A DNA stretch of 42,109 nucleotides from an uncultured Curvivirga sp. (GCA_965602285.1 CBFCZA010000001.1:1-42109); one strand, 5' to 3'. Positions 9,964 to 20,211 are shown, numbered from the stretch's first letter. The notes: generated from the letters alone by a model not told the origin. Numbers and translations: made by a program.

Positions 9964-11214
9964 TTAACGACCTAACATCTCTGATTCAGGGTTGGCGCTG
10001 ATTTTATGGATCGATAGATCTGCACCATTGAACTCTTCTTCTGTGCTAAGACGAAGGCCCATAGATTTTTTCAAGATACCATAAACAACAAAGCCACCAA
10101 CTAGAGCAATGCTAACACCGATAAGACTGCCAACCAGTTGTGCCATGAAGCTAACACCACCGAGGCCACCTAAAGCTTCAAGACCGAAGATACCCGCAGC
10201 TATGCCGCCCCAAAGCCCACAAATTCCATGCAATGGCCATACACCTAAGACGTCATCAATTTTCAATTTATTCTGACAGATTGTGAAGAACCACACGAAG
10301 ATGGCACCCGCAACACCGCCAACAAAAAGGCTGCCTAATGGGTGCATGATGTCGGAACCTGCACAAACAGCAACTAAGCCAGCCAAGGCCCCGTTATGAA
10401 CAAAGCCCGGGTCGTTTCGACCAACCACAAGTGAACTTAAAATGCCGCCAACCATTGCCATCAAACTATTCATGGCAACAAGGCCAGATACGCCGTCTAG
10501 GGCTTGTGCGCTCATCACGTTAAAACCAAACCAACCAACACAAAGAATCCAACTGCCTAATGCAAGGAAGGGGATGCTGGACGGTGGAATACCGATCACT
10601 GCGCCATCTTTACGATAGCGACCATGTCGTGCGCCAAGCATGATAACGGCACCTAAGGCTAACCATCCGCCAAAGCCATGGACAACGATTGATCCTGCAA
10701 AGTCGTGAAAGCCGTAGCCGAAAGTGTTTTCCATCCATTCTTGGAAGTTAAAACTATTACCCCAAACCATGCCTTCAAATAAAGGATATAGGAAAGCAAC
10801 GATCACAGCAGTTGCAATCAGTTGAGGAAGGAACTTCATACGTTCTGCAATGCCGCCTGAAATAATAGCAGGAATAGCGGCTGCAAATGTTAGGAGGAAG
10901 AAGAATTTAACCAGATCATAACCACTGGTGGCAAAACTATAGGCTTCGTTTGATTCCGCACCCGTGAGGAATTTTGCACTTACGAAGAAGTCCACCCCAT
11001 AGGCTACGGTATAGCCAACAAAGAAATAGGCGATTGTTGAAACCGCGAAATCTACAAGGATTTTAACAAGTGCGTTTACTTGGTTCTTATGACGGACAGT
11101 TCCGACTTCCAAGAAAGCAAATCCTGAATGCATAAAGAAGACGAGGATGGCCCCTATCAATACAAAAAAGACGTCGGCCCCCTGAAGGGCCTGACCCAAT
11201 TGAGCTTGTTCCAT
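9964..11214 (-). CDS. amt: Ammonium transporter (Amt family)
   Basis: FFMHSGFAFLEVG, DFAGSIVVH, WFGFN, IDDVLGVWPLHG (twin-His); about 11 TM segments. Start 11214 (SD GGGA) or 11247. Confidence 0.96.
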   Translation of the reverse strand: MEQAQLGQALQGADVFFVLIGAILVFFMHSGFAFLEVGTVRHKNQVNALVKILVDFAVSTIAYFFVGYTVAYGVDFFVSAKFLTGAESNEAYSFATSGYDLVKFFFLLTFAAAIPAIISGGIAERMKFLPQLIATAVIVAFLYPLFEGMVWGNSFNFQEWMENTFGYGFHDFAGSIVVHGFGGWLALGAVIMLGARHGRYRKDGAVIGIPPSSIPFLALGSWILCVGWFGFNVMSAQALDGVSGLVAMNSLMAMVGGILSSLVVGRNDPGFVHNGALAGLVAVCAGSDIMHPLGSLFVGGVAGAIFVWFFTICQNKLKIDDVLGVWPLHGICGLWGGIAAGIFGLEALGGLGGVSFMAQLVGSLIGVSIALVGGFVVYGILKKSMGLRLSTEEEFNGADLSIHKISANPESEMLGR

Positions 11215-11273
11215 AACTATATTTCCCACGTGTATATTAATAGACATTTTTGTCTTTAGTTTGTCTGTTACAT

Positions 11274-11289
11274 TTCAAGGCGCGTGCCA
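11274..11289 (-). promoter_or_regulatory. Sigma54 -24/-12 promoter of amt
   Basis: Minus strand TGGCAC-GCGCC-TTGAA (consensus TGGCAC-N5-TTGCW, one mismatch at -12). Confidence 0.75.
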
Positions 11290-11307
11290 GTTGTTTGTAT
11301 TGTTATT

Positions 11308-11320
11308 TATCAATGATTTA
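11308..11320 (+). promoter_or_regulatory. IHF binding site
   Basis: TATCAATGATTTA is an exact match to WATCAA-N4-TTR and lies between the sigma54 promoter and the enhancer. Confidence 0.65.
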
Positions 11321-11351
11321 GTTGAGTGTGATGTTCTTGTATGATTTTTAA

Positions 11352-11400
11352 CGCCTTAATAATTAGCATTAAACAGACATGGTTGCCTATATAATGTGCA
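11352..11400. promoter_or_regulatory. Pair of NtrC-type enhancer sites
   Basis: CGCCTTAATAATTAGCA (11352-11368) and TGCCTATATAATGTGCA (11384-11400), both GC-N11-GC with AT-rich cores, 32 bp apart. Confidence 0.7.
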
Positions 11401-11546
11401 ATTAAAATACTGAATCAAATTATTATGATGTCTGTGAAGGCCTTTTCTTCCTTGGTAGAATAGTTTATTTGAACACATAATTAATGATAGAACGGCTGAT
11501 AAATGGGCGCTGATGATTGAAATTAAGCGCGATAGAGGAATTTGGA

Positions 11547-12734
11547 ATGTTTAAGACGCTTGATGATATGAATGTGAATGGTCAAACCGTATTGGTACGT
11601 GGGGATTTAAACGTACCTATGAAAGATGGTGTTGTCTCTGACAATACAAGAATCGTACGTTTGTTACCTACTATTCGTGATTTACAAAAAGCCGGTGCCC
11701 GCGTTGTTTTGTTAAGCCATTTTGGCCGCCCAAAAGGCAAAGTGGTTGCAGAGATGTCATTGAAAAGTATTCAAGCATCCGTTGCTGATGCTTTAGGTTG
11801 TGAAGTTGCATTTGTAGATGAAACTATTGGTGCTAAGGCTGAAAGCGCTGTTGCTGCCATGAAAGATGGTGATGTTCTACTGCTAGAAAACCTTAGATTC
11901 CACGCAGAAGAAGAGGCAAATGACGGAGCCTTTGCTGACAGTCTAGCCAAGCTTGGTGATATTTATGTGAATGATGCTTTTTCTGCGGCCCATCGTGCCC
12001 ATGCATCTACCGAAGCATTAGCAAAACGCTTGCCTGCGTTGGCTGGTCGAAATATGCAAAAAGAATTAGAAGCCTTAGATGCAGCATTAGGAAACCCATC
12101 TCATCCTGTTATGGCGATTGTTGGTGGAGCAAAAGTCTCTACAAAATTATCGGTATTAGGGCATTTAGTAGAAAAAGTAGACATGCTTGTGATTGGTGGC
12201 GGCATGGCTAATACATTCCTGCATGCTATGGGTACTGACATCGGCGCTAGCCTTTGTGAAAAAGATTTGAAAGCAACTGCGCTTGAAATCCTGGGCAAAG
12301 CAAATGATGCAAATTGCGAAATTTTATTGCCTGTAGATGGCGCTGTTGCTGAAGAGTTCAAAGCCGGTGCGGATATGGAAAATCGTCCGATTACTGCGGT
12401 TCATGACAAGGGTATGATCCTTGACCTTGGAACAGATAGTATCATCGCCTTAAATGCCAAGCTTGAAGAATGCAAAACACTTCTTTGGAATGGGCCGCTT
12501 GGGGCGTTTGAAATAGAACCATTTGATGCAGGTACGGTTTCAGTTGCTCAAAAGGCAGCGGCGCTCACGAAAGCTGGAAAGCTTGTTTCTATCGCTGGGG
12601 GTGGCGATACGGTTGCAGCGATGGCGCATGCAGGTGTTAGTGATGACTTGACCTACATATCAACAGCAGGCGGTGCATTCCTTGAATGGATGGAAGGTAA
12701 AGAACTTCCGGGTGTTGCTGCATTGATGGGTTGA
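11547..12734 (+). CDS. pgk: Phosphoglycerate kinase
   Basis: [51 protein letters not shown]; SD GAGGA. Confidence 0.98.
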   Translation: MFKTLDDMNVNGQTVLVRGDLNVPMKDGVVSDNTRIVRLLPTIRDLQKAGARVVLLSHFGRPKGKVVAEMSLKSIQASVADALGCEVAFVDETIGAKAESAVAAMKDGDVLLLENLRFHAEEEANDGAFADSLAKLGDIYVNDAFSAAHRAHASTEALAKRLPALAGRNMQKELEALDAALGNPSHPVMAIVGGAKVSTKLSVLGHLVEKVDMLVIGGGMANTFLHAMGTDIGASLCEKDLKATALEILGKANDANCEILLPVDGAVAEEFKAGADMENRPITAVHDKGMILDLGTDSIIALNAKLEECKTLLWNGPLGAFEIEPFDAGTVSVAQKAAALTKAGKLVSIAGGGDTVAAMAHAGVSDDLTYISTAGGAFLEWMEGKELPGVAALMG

Positions 12735-12777
12735 TTGGATTTAAAATTAAGTTTCTGATTTATAGTATATCAATTTT

Positions 12778-12811
12778 GAGGGGTAGGAATTCATTTTTCT
12801 GCCCCTTATTT
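12778..12811 (+). terminator. Probable terminator hairpin after pgk
   Basis: gaggggtagga...tttctgcccctt followed by attt, between convergent genes. Confidence 0.55.
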
Positions 12812-12861
12812 GTATCTATTACGCGCATAAAATCTTATGCTTTAAGTTGTACGCGTACAGG

Positions 12862-13956
12862 TTATCTTTTCTTTGCAAGAACGATAATGCCTAAAACTTC
12901 AGATCCATATTCCCAACGCAAAGTCACGTTTTCTTTTTTGATAATGTCAAAGTTAGTTTTGGTAAGACAGGTGGTTACATAGTTTTCTGAATGGCTATAA
13001 CGACCGCTGGGATGTAATTCGAAATTGATGACATCTTTGCATTCTAAAGAGAAGGCTAAGTAACCATTTTCTTTTAGGGCATTATGAGAGGCGGCGAAAA
13101 TATCTTCTAAATCACCAAAATAGCAAAAAACATCGGCAGCAACACTTAGGTGATATTCTTTGGTGTGATCATTGAGAAAACTGGTTAGTTCTGCTTCTTC
13201 AAGAAGATCATACTCACCTCTTTCTTCTGCTTTTTCTAGCATGCCAGGGCTTAGGTCCACACCATCAAGACGCGATGCCCATGGTTTTAAAAGAGGGGCA
13301 CAAAGGCCGGTTCCACATCCCGCATCTAAAATAGATAGACTGTTATGTGGTGGCACTAATTCTTGTGCGATCAATTCTTGTAATAATGTTGGGGCTTGGT
13401 AGCCTAATTCTTTTAATTTTACTTCGAAATCTGGGGCGAAATCATTAAATACATCGGCGACATAGGCGTCATTTGCACGGCTAGGGGCCACAAGGCCAGC
13501 AACAGCGGCACCCATGTGTGCGGCATCCGGTTGGTCTGGAAATAGTGCTACCCAATCTTGTGCAATGGTTTTCGCTTTTTCAACATTCCCTGCGTGATGG
13601 AGATCGTACAAGGATTTCCCTAGATTTGAATGAGAAACCAAATCATCTGGATCAATATCAATGGCTTCTTTCAGGGTGTCGACGGCTAATTCAGCCTGAC
13701 TTAGTTCGTAGTAGGCAAGGCCTAACTTACAATTTTCTTCAAATTCATCAGGGTAGAGTTCTTTACTACGCCCTAGGCAATTTGCGGCTGTATCGTATTC
13801 ATCTTCTTGTATGGCGATTTCACCACGCCAATCAAGGGCCTCTTTAACTCTTGTATCCATATCAAGGATTTCATCATAAATAGCTTTGGCTGCGTCCAAA
13901 TCGCCGGTGCGATAGAAGTCCATTGCTTTTTCTAATTGAGCGATAAATTGTGCCAT
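12862..13956 (-). CDS. TPR-repeat + class I SAM-dependent methyltransferase
   Basis: N-terminal TPR helices; YVADVFNDFAPDFE, ILDAGCGTGLC, GVDLSPGML, AADVFCYFGDL, SGRYSHS. Confidence 0.88.
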   Translation of the reverse strand: MAQFIAQLEKAMDFYRTGDLDAAKAIYDEILDMDTRVKEALDWRGEIAIQEDEYDTAANCLGRSKELYPDEFEENCKLGLAYYELSQAELAVDTLKEAIDIDPDDLVSHSNLGKSLYDLHHAGNVEKAKTIAQDWVALFPDQPDAAHMGAAVAGLVAPSRANDAYVADVFNDFAPDFEVKLKELGYQAPTLLQELIAQELVPPHNSLSILDAGCGTGLCAPLLKPWASRLDGVDLSPGMLEKAEERGEYDLLEEAELTSFLNDHTKEYHLSVAADVFCYFGDLEDIFAASHNALKENGYLAFSLECKDVINFELHPSGRYSHSENYVTTCLTKTNFDIIKKENVTLRWEYGSEVLGIIVLAKKR

Positions 13957-14008
13957 AGGATGAAAATTCCTGTTGCTGTTCACACGACATTGGCGCAAAG
14001 TTGCGCAC

Positions 14009-14554
14009 ATGAGTAGTCCTAATGATCATATTAAAGGTGGCCCCCGCATTTTGGAAGTACCAAAAGGGGATTCTGTAGAGCGTCTTGTATGCCCTGAATG
14101 CAGTTTTATCAACTATGAAAACCCCCTCATCGTTGTCGGGGCGGTTGTTACATATGAAGATAAATTCCTTTTATGTCGTCGTGCTATTGAACCGCGGGTG
14201 GGTTTTTGGACGATGCCGGCGGGCTATATGGAGCTTTTAGAAACGCCTATGGCTGGGGCTGCACGTGAGGCTATGGAAGAAGCAAATGCCGATATTACCA
14301 TAGACAGTCTACTTGCGATTTATACAATTCCACGCCTTTCGCAAGTACAGATGATTTATCGTGCAGTCTTAGAAAAGCCTGAATTTTCAGCAGGAGAAGA
14401 AAGTTTAGAGGTCGCCCTATTTGATTGGGATGAAATTCCTTGGGACGAACTTGCCTTTCCTACCGTGCATTGGGCATTGAATCATTTCAATGAAGTGAAG
14501 GGGCAAGAAAGTTATGCCCCCTTTGGAAATGCTATAAACCTAAATACAGATTAA
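14009..14554 (+). CDS. NUDIX hydrolase with partial N-terminal zinc ribbon
   Basis: [15 protein letters not shown], Nudix box [28 protein letters not shown]. Confidence 0.92.
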   Translation: MSSPNDHIKGGPRILEVPKGDSVERLVCPECSFINYENPLIVVGAVVTYEDKFLLCRRAIEPRVGFWTMPAGYMELLETPMAGAAREAMEEANADITIDSLLAIYTIPRLSQVQMIYRAVLEKPEFSAGEESLEVALFDWDEIPWDELAFPTVHWALNHFNEVKGQESYAPFGNAINLNTD

Positions 14555-15162
14555 TTTTCGGAATTATTCTCTGTTTCGTCCTTATCTTCTTCTATCATGT
14601 TTTTTGTCATGAAAGGAAGCTGGGTTGCAATGAATACTAATGTTAATCCCAATAATCCAAAGACTTTAAATGTTACCCAAAAATCAGTAGTTTGCGTGCG
14701 CCATACAATTTCATTCACGGCTGCACTGAATAGAAAAAAACAAACGAAGCGTATGGTAAGTGTGCGCCATGCTTGATCAAGCATGTTCATACTGCCACCA
14801 AATAAATGTTTCAACCAAACACGTTTTAAAAGCAATCCAATCGATAAAATCAGGGCAAATGCGGTTTGAATGATTGTAGGTTTCATTTTGATGAATGTAT
14901 CGTCATTCAACCAAATAGTAAGCCCGCCAAAGACACCAATAACGCTTGCAGTGACCAATGGCATTATGGGAACCCGTCGTACGATGATAAAGGATAAGGC
15001 GATGGCAAGGGCAGTCGTTCCCATGATAACCTTTGTCGCGAGCATCAGATCACTACTTTGCCAGTAAGTGATAAAAAAAGCCGCTAGTGGTCCGTAATCC
15101 ACAACCGTTTTTAACCATTTAGGCTCTTGATGTTTTGTGGCAGGTGTTTGGCTGTCTGACAT
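14551..15162 (-). CDS. ispZ: Intracellular septation protein A (YciB/IspZ)
   Basis: [42 protein letters not shown]. Confidence 0.93.
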   Translation of the reverse strand: MSDSQTPATKHQEPKWLKTVVDYGPLAAFFITYWQSSDLMLATKVIMGTTALAIALSFIIVRRVPIMPLVTASVIGVFGGLTIWLNDDTFIKMKPTIIQTAFALILSIGLLLKRVWLKHLFGGSMNMLDQAWRTLTIRFVCFFLFSAAVNEIVWRTQTTDFWVTFKVFGLLGLTLVFIATQLPFMTKNMIEEDKDETENNSEN

Positions 15163-15236
15163 AGTGGATCCTTAAATCGTAGAGATTATTTTTTGTTGAC
15201 CTCATTTTTAATGTCTATGTTAGTATGGGGCAAGGG

Positions 15237-16094
15237 TTAACTAAAATAGTTTAAACTGATGACCCCACATCCCACTATGGTGGAAGCGGCAATACGCCAA
15301 GGCCCGAAACTTTCTTTTAAAATAACCGTGCCTATGATGGCCGCAAGGATGACGGACGTTTCTCTTAGGGCAGAAACAGATGCCATGGCGCCCATACCTA
15401 GTGCCATAATGACCATGCCATATCCAAATTGTGCAGCAACTGCACCAAATAGAATATGTCTCCAATTATTCTTCACAAAGGCGATCTGCGTGGATCTTTT
15501 CTTATGTAAAATCCAAAAGATGAAAGGAATTCCTTCAAACGTCAAAAGCCATAAGATGAAAGAAAGGTCTACATCAGCGGCCCGTACACCCATGCCGTCG
15601 ACAACGGTGTAGGTTGCGATAAAAACCCCTGTTGCCATTGCAAAAAATATGGGTTTGCGATCGTCGCCCCTTGGTAAACCTTTTTCGAAAGTTAGCGCCA
15701 TAATCCCAATGCTGGATATGCTAATGGCGATATAGGCCCCGATTGAAAGCTTCTCTCCCGCAAAAAGGAAACTACCAAGGGCAACTAATAATGGGGCTAT
15801 CCCTCTAGCTATTGGATAAACTTTGCTTAAATCCCCTAATTTATATGAGGTCAGTAAAAGGGCAAAATAGGCATAATGAATGAATGTTGATAGGGAAAGG
15901 AAAAGCCAGGTTTCTTCATTAGGAAATGGAATGTCCAAGAAAAGGATACATAAGCCAGAAATAATTGAGCCAGTGATGCTCATATTCATGAATAGCATCC
16001 ATTTGTCCGCAGCAGATTTCACTAGAGCATTCCAGCTCGCATGTAAAACTGCTGCGCTTAGAACCATTCCAATTGCCATCATGCTTAATTCCAT
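15237..16094 (-). CDS. EamA/DMT family transporter
   Basis: AAVLHASWNALVK, GDLSKVYPIARG, YTVVDG, LRETSV; about 10 TM segments. Confidence 0.92.
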   Translation of the reverse strand: MELSMMAIGMVLSAAVLHASWNALVKSAADKWMLFMNMSITGSIISGLCILFLDIPFPNEETWLFLSLSTFIHYAYFALLLTSYKLGDLSKVYPIARGIAPLLVALGSFLFAGEKLSIGAYIAISISSIGIMALTFEKGLPRGDDRKPIFFAMATGVFIATYTVVDGMGVRAADVDLSFILWLLTFEGIPFIFWILHKKRSTQIAFVKNNWRHILFGAVAAQFGYGMVIMALGMGAMASVSALRETSVILAAIIGTVILKESFGPWRIAASTIVGCGVISLNYFS

Positions 16095-16267
16095 GATTAT
16101 CCCTCATATGAGTTTTTTTAATAAGATAAGGAGTTCTTGTTATTTCTTTCTATAGGAGAAGTAACAGAGATTTACCAAAATTAAAAAACCATAATACTCA
16201 TCAATAGATGAGTATTTGTTCATGGTGATGAAGGGGCTGGACCTAAACGATCGATTCGTTTTATAAT

Positions 16268-16534
16268 ATGAACATGAATGAAAGAAATACATCGATTAGA
16301 AACCCACAGTCTGGCTTTGTTCAGGCACCTGTTGCGCGCCCGAAAAGTGGCGGGGCGTTTCCTGATCCTGCGGGGCGCGTTCCTGAAACAGCAAGAAGAA
16401 CAGCGCCGACCCGTGATCCATATAATATCAGGGCTGCATTTGATCGATTGGCAAAACTATTATCACGCGATACAGAGGGGCAACCACAAGCTGGATTGCC
16501 ACCGCGTGGGTACTATTTAAATATTTTGGTCTAA
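16268..16534 (+). CDS. Small hypothetical protein (88 aa)
   Basis: Pro/Arg-rich N-terminal half, amphipathic helix, C-terminal RGYYLNILV; fills the gap upstream of the response regulator. Confidence 0.65.
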   Translation: MNMNERNTSIRNPQSGFVQAPVARPKSGGAFPDPAGRVPETARRTAPTRDPYNIRAAFDRLAKLLSRDTEGQPQAGLPPRGYYLNILV

Positions 16535-16694
16535 TTTCTATAGAATAATTCTTTTCAATCCCTTCCTTTGGCTGCTAAAGTCCTAAAGCGTTATACTTGA
16601 TTCCATCCAGTGTAATCGTCTTGGGAAATGAAGCCGCAATTGTTGTATCTGTTCGATATGGTTTGCGGGGCAAATAGGATAGAGTTTCAGTTTC

Positions 16695-17792
16695 ATGGCA
16701 CGTTATGATTTTAGTCGTTTATCAGTCTTAGTCGTAGAAGATAGTCTTTTTATGCGTACTCTTATAGTAGGAGTACTTCGCGCCTTGGGAATTGAGCGTA
16801 TCAGTACGGCTGAAAATGGTGAAGAAGCCATTTCAATTATGTCCCCTGCGATGAAAAAAGCAAAGGCAATGGGTGGTGTATCTGCAGTCGATCTGATTAT
16901 CTGTGATCATTTCATGCCAAAAGTTGATGGTACTATTTTCTTACATTATATACGCCGTCATGACCGTTCCCCAGATAGGTTCATCCCTTTTATCATGGTG
17001 TCGGCTGCGGCGGACCGTGAAATTATTGAAAAGGCACGTGACGCAGGGATGGATGAGTTTTTAGCCAAGCCGTTTTCTGCAACGATGCTTGCTGCACGTT
17101 TAACGGCCTGTGTTGAACGCCCAAGGCCTTATATTTATTGCCCTACATTCTTTGGACCTGATCGTCGCCGTCGTGCACGTTCTGTCATTGATGAACGCAG
17201 GGTTATTAAGGCGGATGAAAAAGAGGTTGTTCATTCTGGTAAAGATTTATCCTCTTTACAGAAAAGTAAAAAACGCGTTTGGGAAATTAGAAAGCCCCGT
17301 AACTTAAAGTCTAAGCTTGCGACTGGTTTTGGTGGTGATGACGATGAGCCTGCGTTTGATATGGCTTTGCTTGATGCAGCAGAGGGTAAAGTCAAAGATA
17401 TGGAATCGGATTATTCTGATTGGGTGGCTGATTCTATTGAGAAATTAACACAGGCGCATCATCGTGCTATCGAATTGATGGATGAACCTGTAGACCAAGC
17501 AGAACATATCGAAGTTATTCATAGCATTGCCTTAGAACTTCGTGGGCAAGGTGGTATCTTTGGATATCCTCTTATGACACAATTTGGTAAATCACTTTAT
17601 GATTGCACAGAAGCGGGTTCTAAAATTTCACCGCCCCTTCTTGATTTGATCAGTGCCCATATCGATCTTATTCGTGTGGTTATGACACAAAAAATCAAAG
17701 GTGATGGTGGTCGCACAGGCCAAGAATTGATCAATAGCTTGCGCGAGGCCCAAGACAAACATCAACAACTTGAAGAAGAAGCAGAAGTTTAA
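16695..17792 (+). CDS. Response regulator: receiver + Arg-rich FxGPDRR motif + Hpt-like C-terminal domain (Cle-like)
   Basis: VLVVEDS, LIICDHFMPKVDG, MVSA, LAKPF; FFGPDRRRR; C-terminal helical bundle ELRGQGGIFGYPLMT. Confidence 0.88.
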   Translation: MARYDFSRLSVLVVEDSLFMRTLIVGVLRALGIERISTAENGEEAISIMSPAMKKAKAMGGVSAVDLIICDHFMPKVDGTIFLHYIRRHDRSPDRFIPFIMVSAAADREIIEKARDAGMDEFLAKPFSATMLAARLTACVERPRPYIYCPTFFGPDRRRRARSVIDERRVIKADEKEVVHSGKDLSSLQKSKKRVWEIRKPRNLKSKLATGFGGDDDEPAFDMALLDAAEGKVKDMESDYSDWVADSIEKLTQAHHRAIELMDEPVDQAEHIEVIHSIALELRGQGGIFGYPLMTQFGKSLYDCTEAGSKISPPLLDLISAHIDLIRVVMTQKIKGDGGRTGQELINSLREAQDKHQQLEEEAEV

Positions 17793-17892
17793 GTATTTGA
17801 ACTTATGAACTTATTTACAAATTTTTTTGATTTTAATGTTGTTAGTTTGATGAGAGTTGCATCGAGTCAATAATTTTTAAAAAACTATAACC

Positions 17893-18813
17893 CTAATCCA
17901 GACCCATGAGGCTTCGTGCATAGGCGCGGGCCTCAAATGGCCGCATGTCATCGGCTTGTTCGCCAACGCCAATTACATGCACAGGCAATCCAAATTTCTC
18001 TGCTAGGGCAACAAGAACGCCACCTTTTGCGGTGCCATCTAATTTTGTGACCGCAAGGCCAGTGACCCCAACAGTATCCCGAAATACTTCGACTTGAGAA
18101 TGGGCGTTTTGACCAACGGTAGCATCTAGAACCATTATGGTGTCATGAGGGGCATCTGGTACTAGTTTCTTGATGACACGGATTACTTTTTCAAGCTCTG
18201 CCATAAGATCTTTTTTATTTTGAAGGCGACCTGCTGTATCAATGAGTAAAAGGTCTGCACCTTCTTTTTTAGCTTGTTCAATGGCATCAAATGCAAGTCC
18301 AGCTGCATCTGCGCCTGTATCACGTGCGATGACGTTGCATCCCGTACGTTCGCCCCAGATGCGTAATTGTTCGACCGCAGCTGCGCGGAAAGTATCACCC
18401 GCTGCTAACATAACCTTCAGGCCTGATTCAGAATGCAGTTTTGCGAGTTTACCAATTGTTGTTGTTTTGCCAGAACCATTGACGCCTACAACTAAAACAA
18501 TATGAGGGGCGTGGGATTTATTTATCTCTAATGGTTTTGCAACCGGTTCCAGTATAGTGGTGATCTCTTCAGAAAGGGCTGTGCGGACTTCTTCGTCCGT
18601 GACCTCTTTCTCAAAACGAGACTTTTTCAAGGCTGCTGCTAATTTCATTGCAGTTGCAGGGCCTAAGTCACCAGCAATAAGGACTTCTTCTAATTCCTCT
18701 ATTGCTTCTTGGTCCAGTTTACGTTTCGTAAAGACATCAGAAATGCCCGTAACAAGCTTACTGGAAGATTTAGAAAGGCCTGCTTTTAATTTGGAAAACC
18801 AACCACCGCTCAT
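17893..18813 (-). CDS. ftsY: SRP receptor FtsY
   Basis: GVNGSGKTTT, DTFRAAA, DTAGR, TKLDGTAKGG. Confidence 0.98.
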   Translation of the reverse strand: MSGGWFSKLKAGLSKSSSKLVTGISDVFTKRKLDQEAIEELEEVLIAGDLGPATAMKLAAALKKSRFEKEVTDEEVRTALSEEITTILEPVAKPLEINKSHAPHIVLVVGVNGSGKTTTIGKLAKLHSESGLKVMLAAGDTFRAAAVEQLRIWGERTGCNVIARDTGADAAGLAFDAIEQAKKEGADLLLIDTAGRLQNKKDLMAELEKVIRVIKKLVPDAPHDTIMVLDATVGQNAHSQVEVFRDTVGVTGLAVTKLDGTAKGGVLVALAEKFGLPVHVIGVGEQADDMRPFEARAYARSLMGLD

Positions 18814-18859
18814 GAATATACTCTCTTAAATTTTACGATCTGATCACTGGTACGTTAGC

Positions 18860-20209
18860 TTAGGCGGGTTCACCTGTAAGGATACCATCTTCTAACCCAG
18901 TGATTTTAACATTCATCAATGTGCCATCGGGTACATTACTCTTTAGCTTTACACAAGCAAACTGTTCATTTCGCCCTAAACCATTTCTTTCAAATAGGAC
19001 TTGGGCCGTTGGTCCTATGCAACTTTCTAAGAATTTCTGTTCAAGTTTTTTCCCGATTGCGCGTATCTTTTGTGCGCGTTCTTTGCGAATGGCCTTGGGG
19101 ACTTGATTTGGGATACGCGCCGCAGGTGTGCCGGGACGTTCAGAATAAGGAAATACATGTAGATAGATTAATCCGCATTCTTCTACCGCTTTCAACGTAT
19201 TTTCAAACATTTCGTCTGTTTCCGTTGGGAAGCCAGCAATTAAGTCCGCCCCAAAGACGATGTCTGGTCGTATTTCGCGAAGTCGTTTGCAAAGATCGAT
19301 GGCGTCTTGACGGCTGTGGCGTCGTTTCATCCTTTTCAAAATCATGTCGTCGCCAGCTTGTAAGGAAAGATGAAGATGAGGCATGAGGCGTGGTTCTTCC
19401 GCGATCACCTTAAATAAATCTTCGTCCATTTCGATGCAGTCGATGGATGATATACGTAGGCGCGGTAGGTTTGGAACGGCTTGTAAAAGGCGGCGTACCA
19501 TTTGCCCTAATGTTGGTTTCCCTGGAAGGTCTTCACCATAAGATGTGATATCAACACCCGTTAGGACAATTTCATTATATCCGTTTTCAGATAGGGATTG
19601 AACTTGGCGTACGACTTCACCCATAGGAACGGAACGGCTATTTCCCCGCCCAAATGGGATGATGCAAAAGGTGCAACGATGGTCACAACCGTTTTGCACT
19701 TGTACAAAAGCACGTGCACGCCCTTCAAAACCTGCGACCAGATGGTTTGCTGTTTCTTTGATAGACATGATGTCGTTCACTTGAACTTTTTCAGAGCCAT
19801 CGATGCCAAACGTATTTGGTGAAAAGCTTGCTTGTTCAAGTTTTTCCATATTGCCGATAACTTTATCGACTTCGGGCATGTCTGCAAACTGGGTGGCGTT
19901 TACTTGTGCCGCACATCCCGTCACAATGATTTTTGCATCAGGGTTCTCGCGGTGCGCACGCCGGATGGCCTGGCGAGCTTGGCGTTCTGCTTCTGAAGTG
20001 ACGGCGCATGTATTAAATATAATAGCATCCTCAAGGCCGGCTTTGCGGGCATTGTCGCGCATGACTTCAGATTCATAGGTGTTTAAGCGGCAGCCGAATG
20101 TCACAATATCTACATTGTCATTTTTGGTTTCTTCTTTTGGCGCCTGTAGAACAGGGTTGTCTGTGCCATTATCTGCTTCAGGTGGGCGATTTACGATTTT
20201 AGAAGACAT
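18860..20209 (-). CDS. mtaB: tRNA t6A37 methylthiotransferase
   Basis: TFGCRLNTYES, NTCAVT, radical SAM CDHRCTFC, HVFPYSERPGT; conserved dapF-mtaB-ftsY context. Confidence 0.95.
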   Translation of the reverse strand: MSSKIVNRPPEADNGTDNPVLQAPKEETKNDNVDIVTFGCRLNTYESEVMRDNARKAGLEDAIIFNTCAVTSEAERQARQAIRRAHRENPDAKIIVTGCAAQVNATQFADMPEVDKVIGNMEKLEQASFSPNTFGIDGSEKVQVNDIMSIKETANHLVAGFEGRARAFVQVQNGCDHRCTFCIIPFGRGNSRSVPMGEVVRQVQSLSENGYNEIVLTGVDITSYGEDLPGKPTLGQMVRRLLQAVPNLPRLRISSIDCIEMDEDLFKVIAEEPRLMPHLHLSLQAGDDMILKRMKRRHSRQDAIDLCKRLREIRPDIVFGADLIAGFPTETDEMFENTLKAVEECGLIYLHVFPYSERPGTPAARIPNQVPKAIRKERAQKIRAIGKKLEQKFLESCIGPTAQVLFERNGLGRNEQFACVKLKSNVPDGTLMNVKITGLEDGILTGEPA

Positions 20210-20211
20210 GC

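Noticed and set aside
14551-14554. Convergent genes sharing TTAA stop codons (also at 41657-41660)
   Set aside because: This is a common feature of compact genomes and does not indicate a special mechanism.
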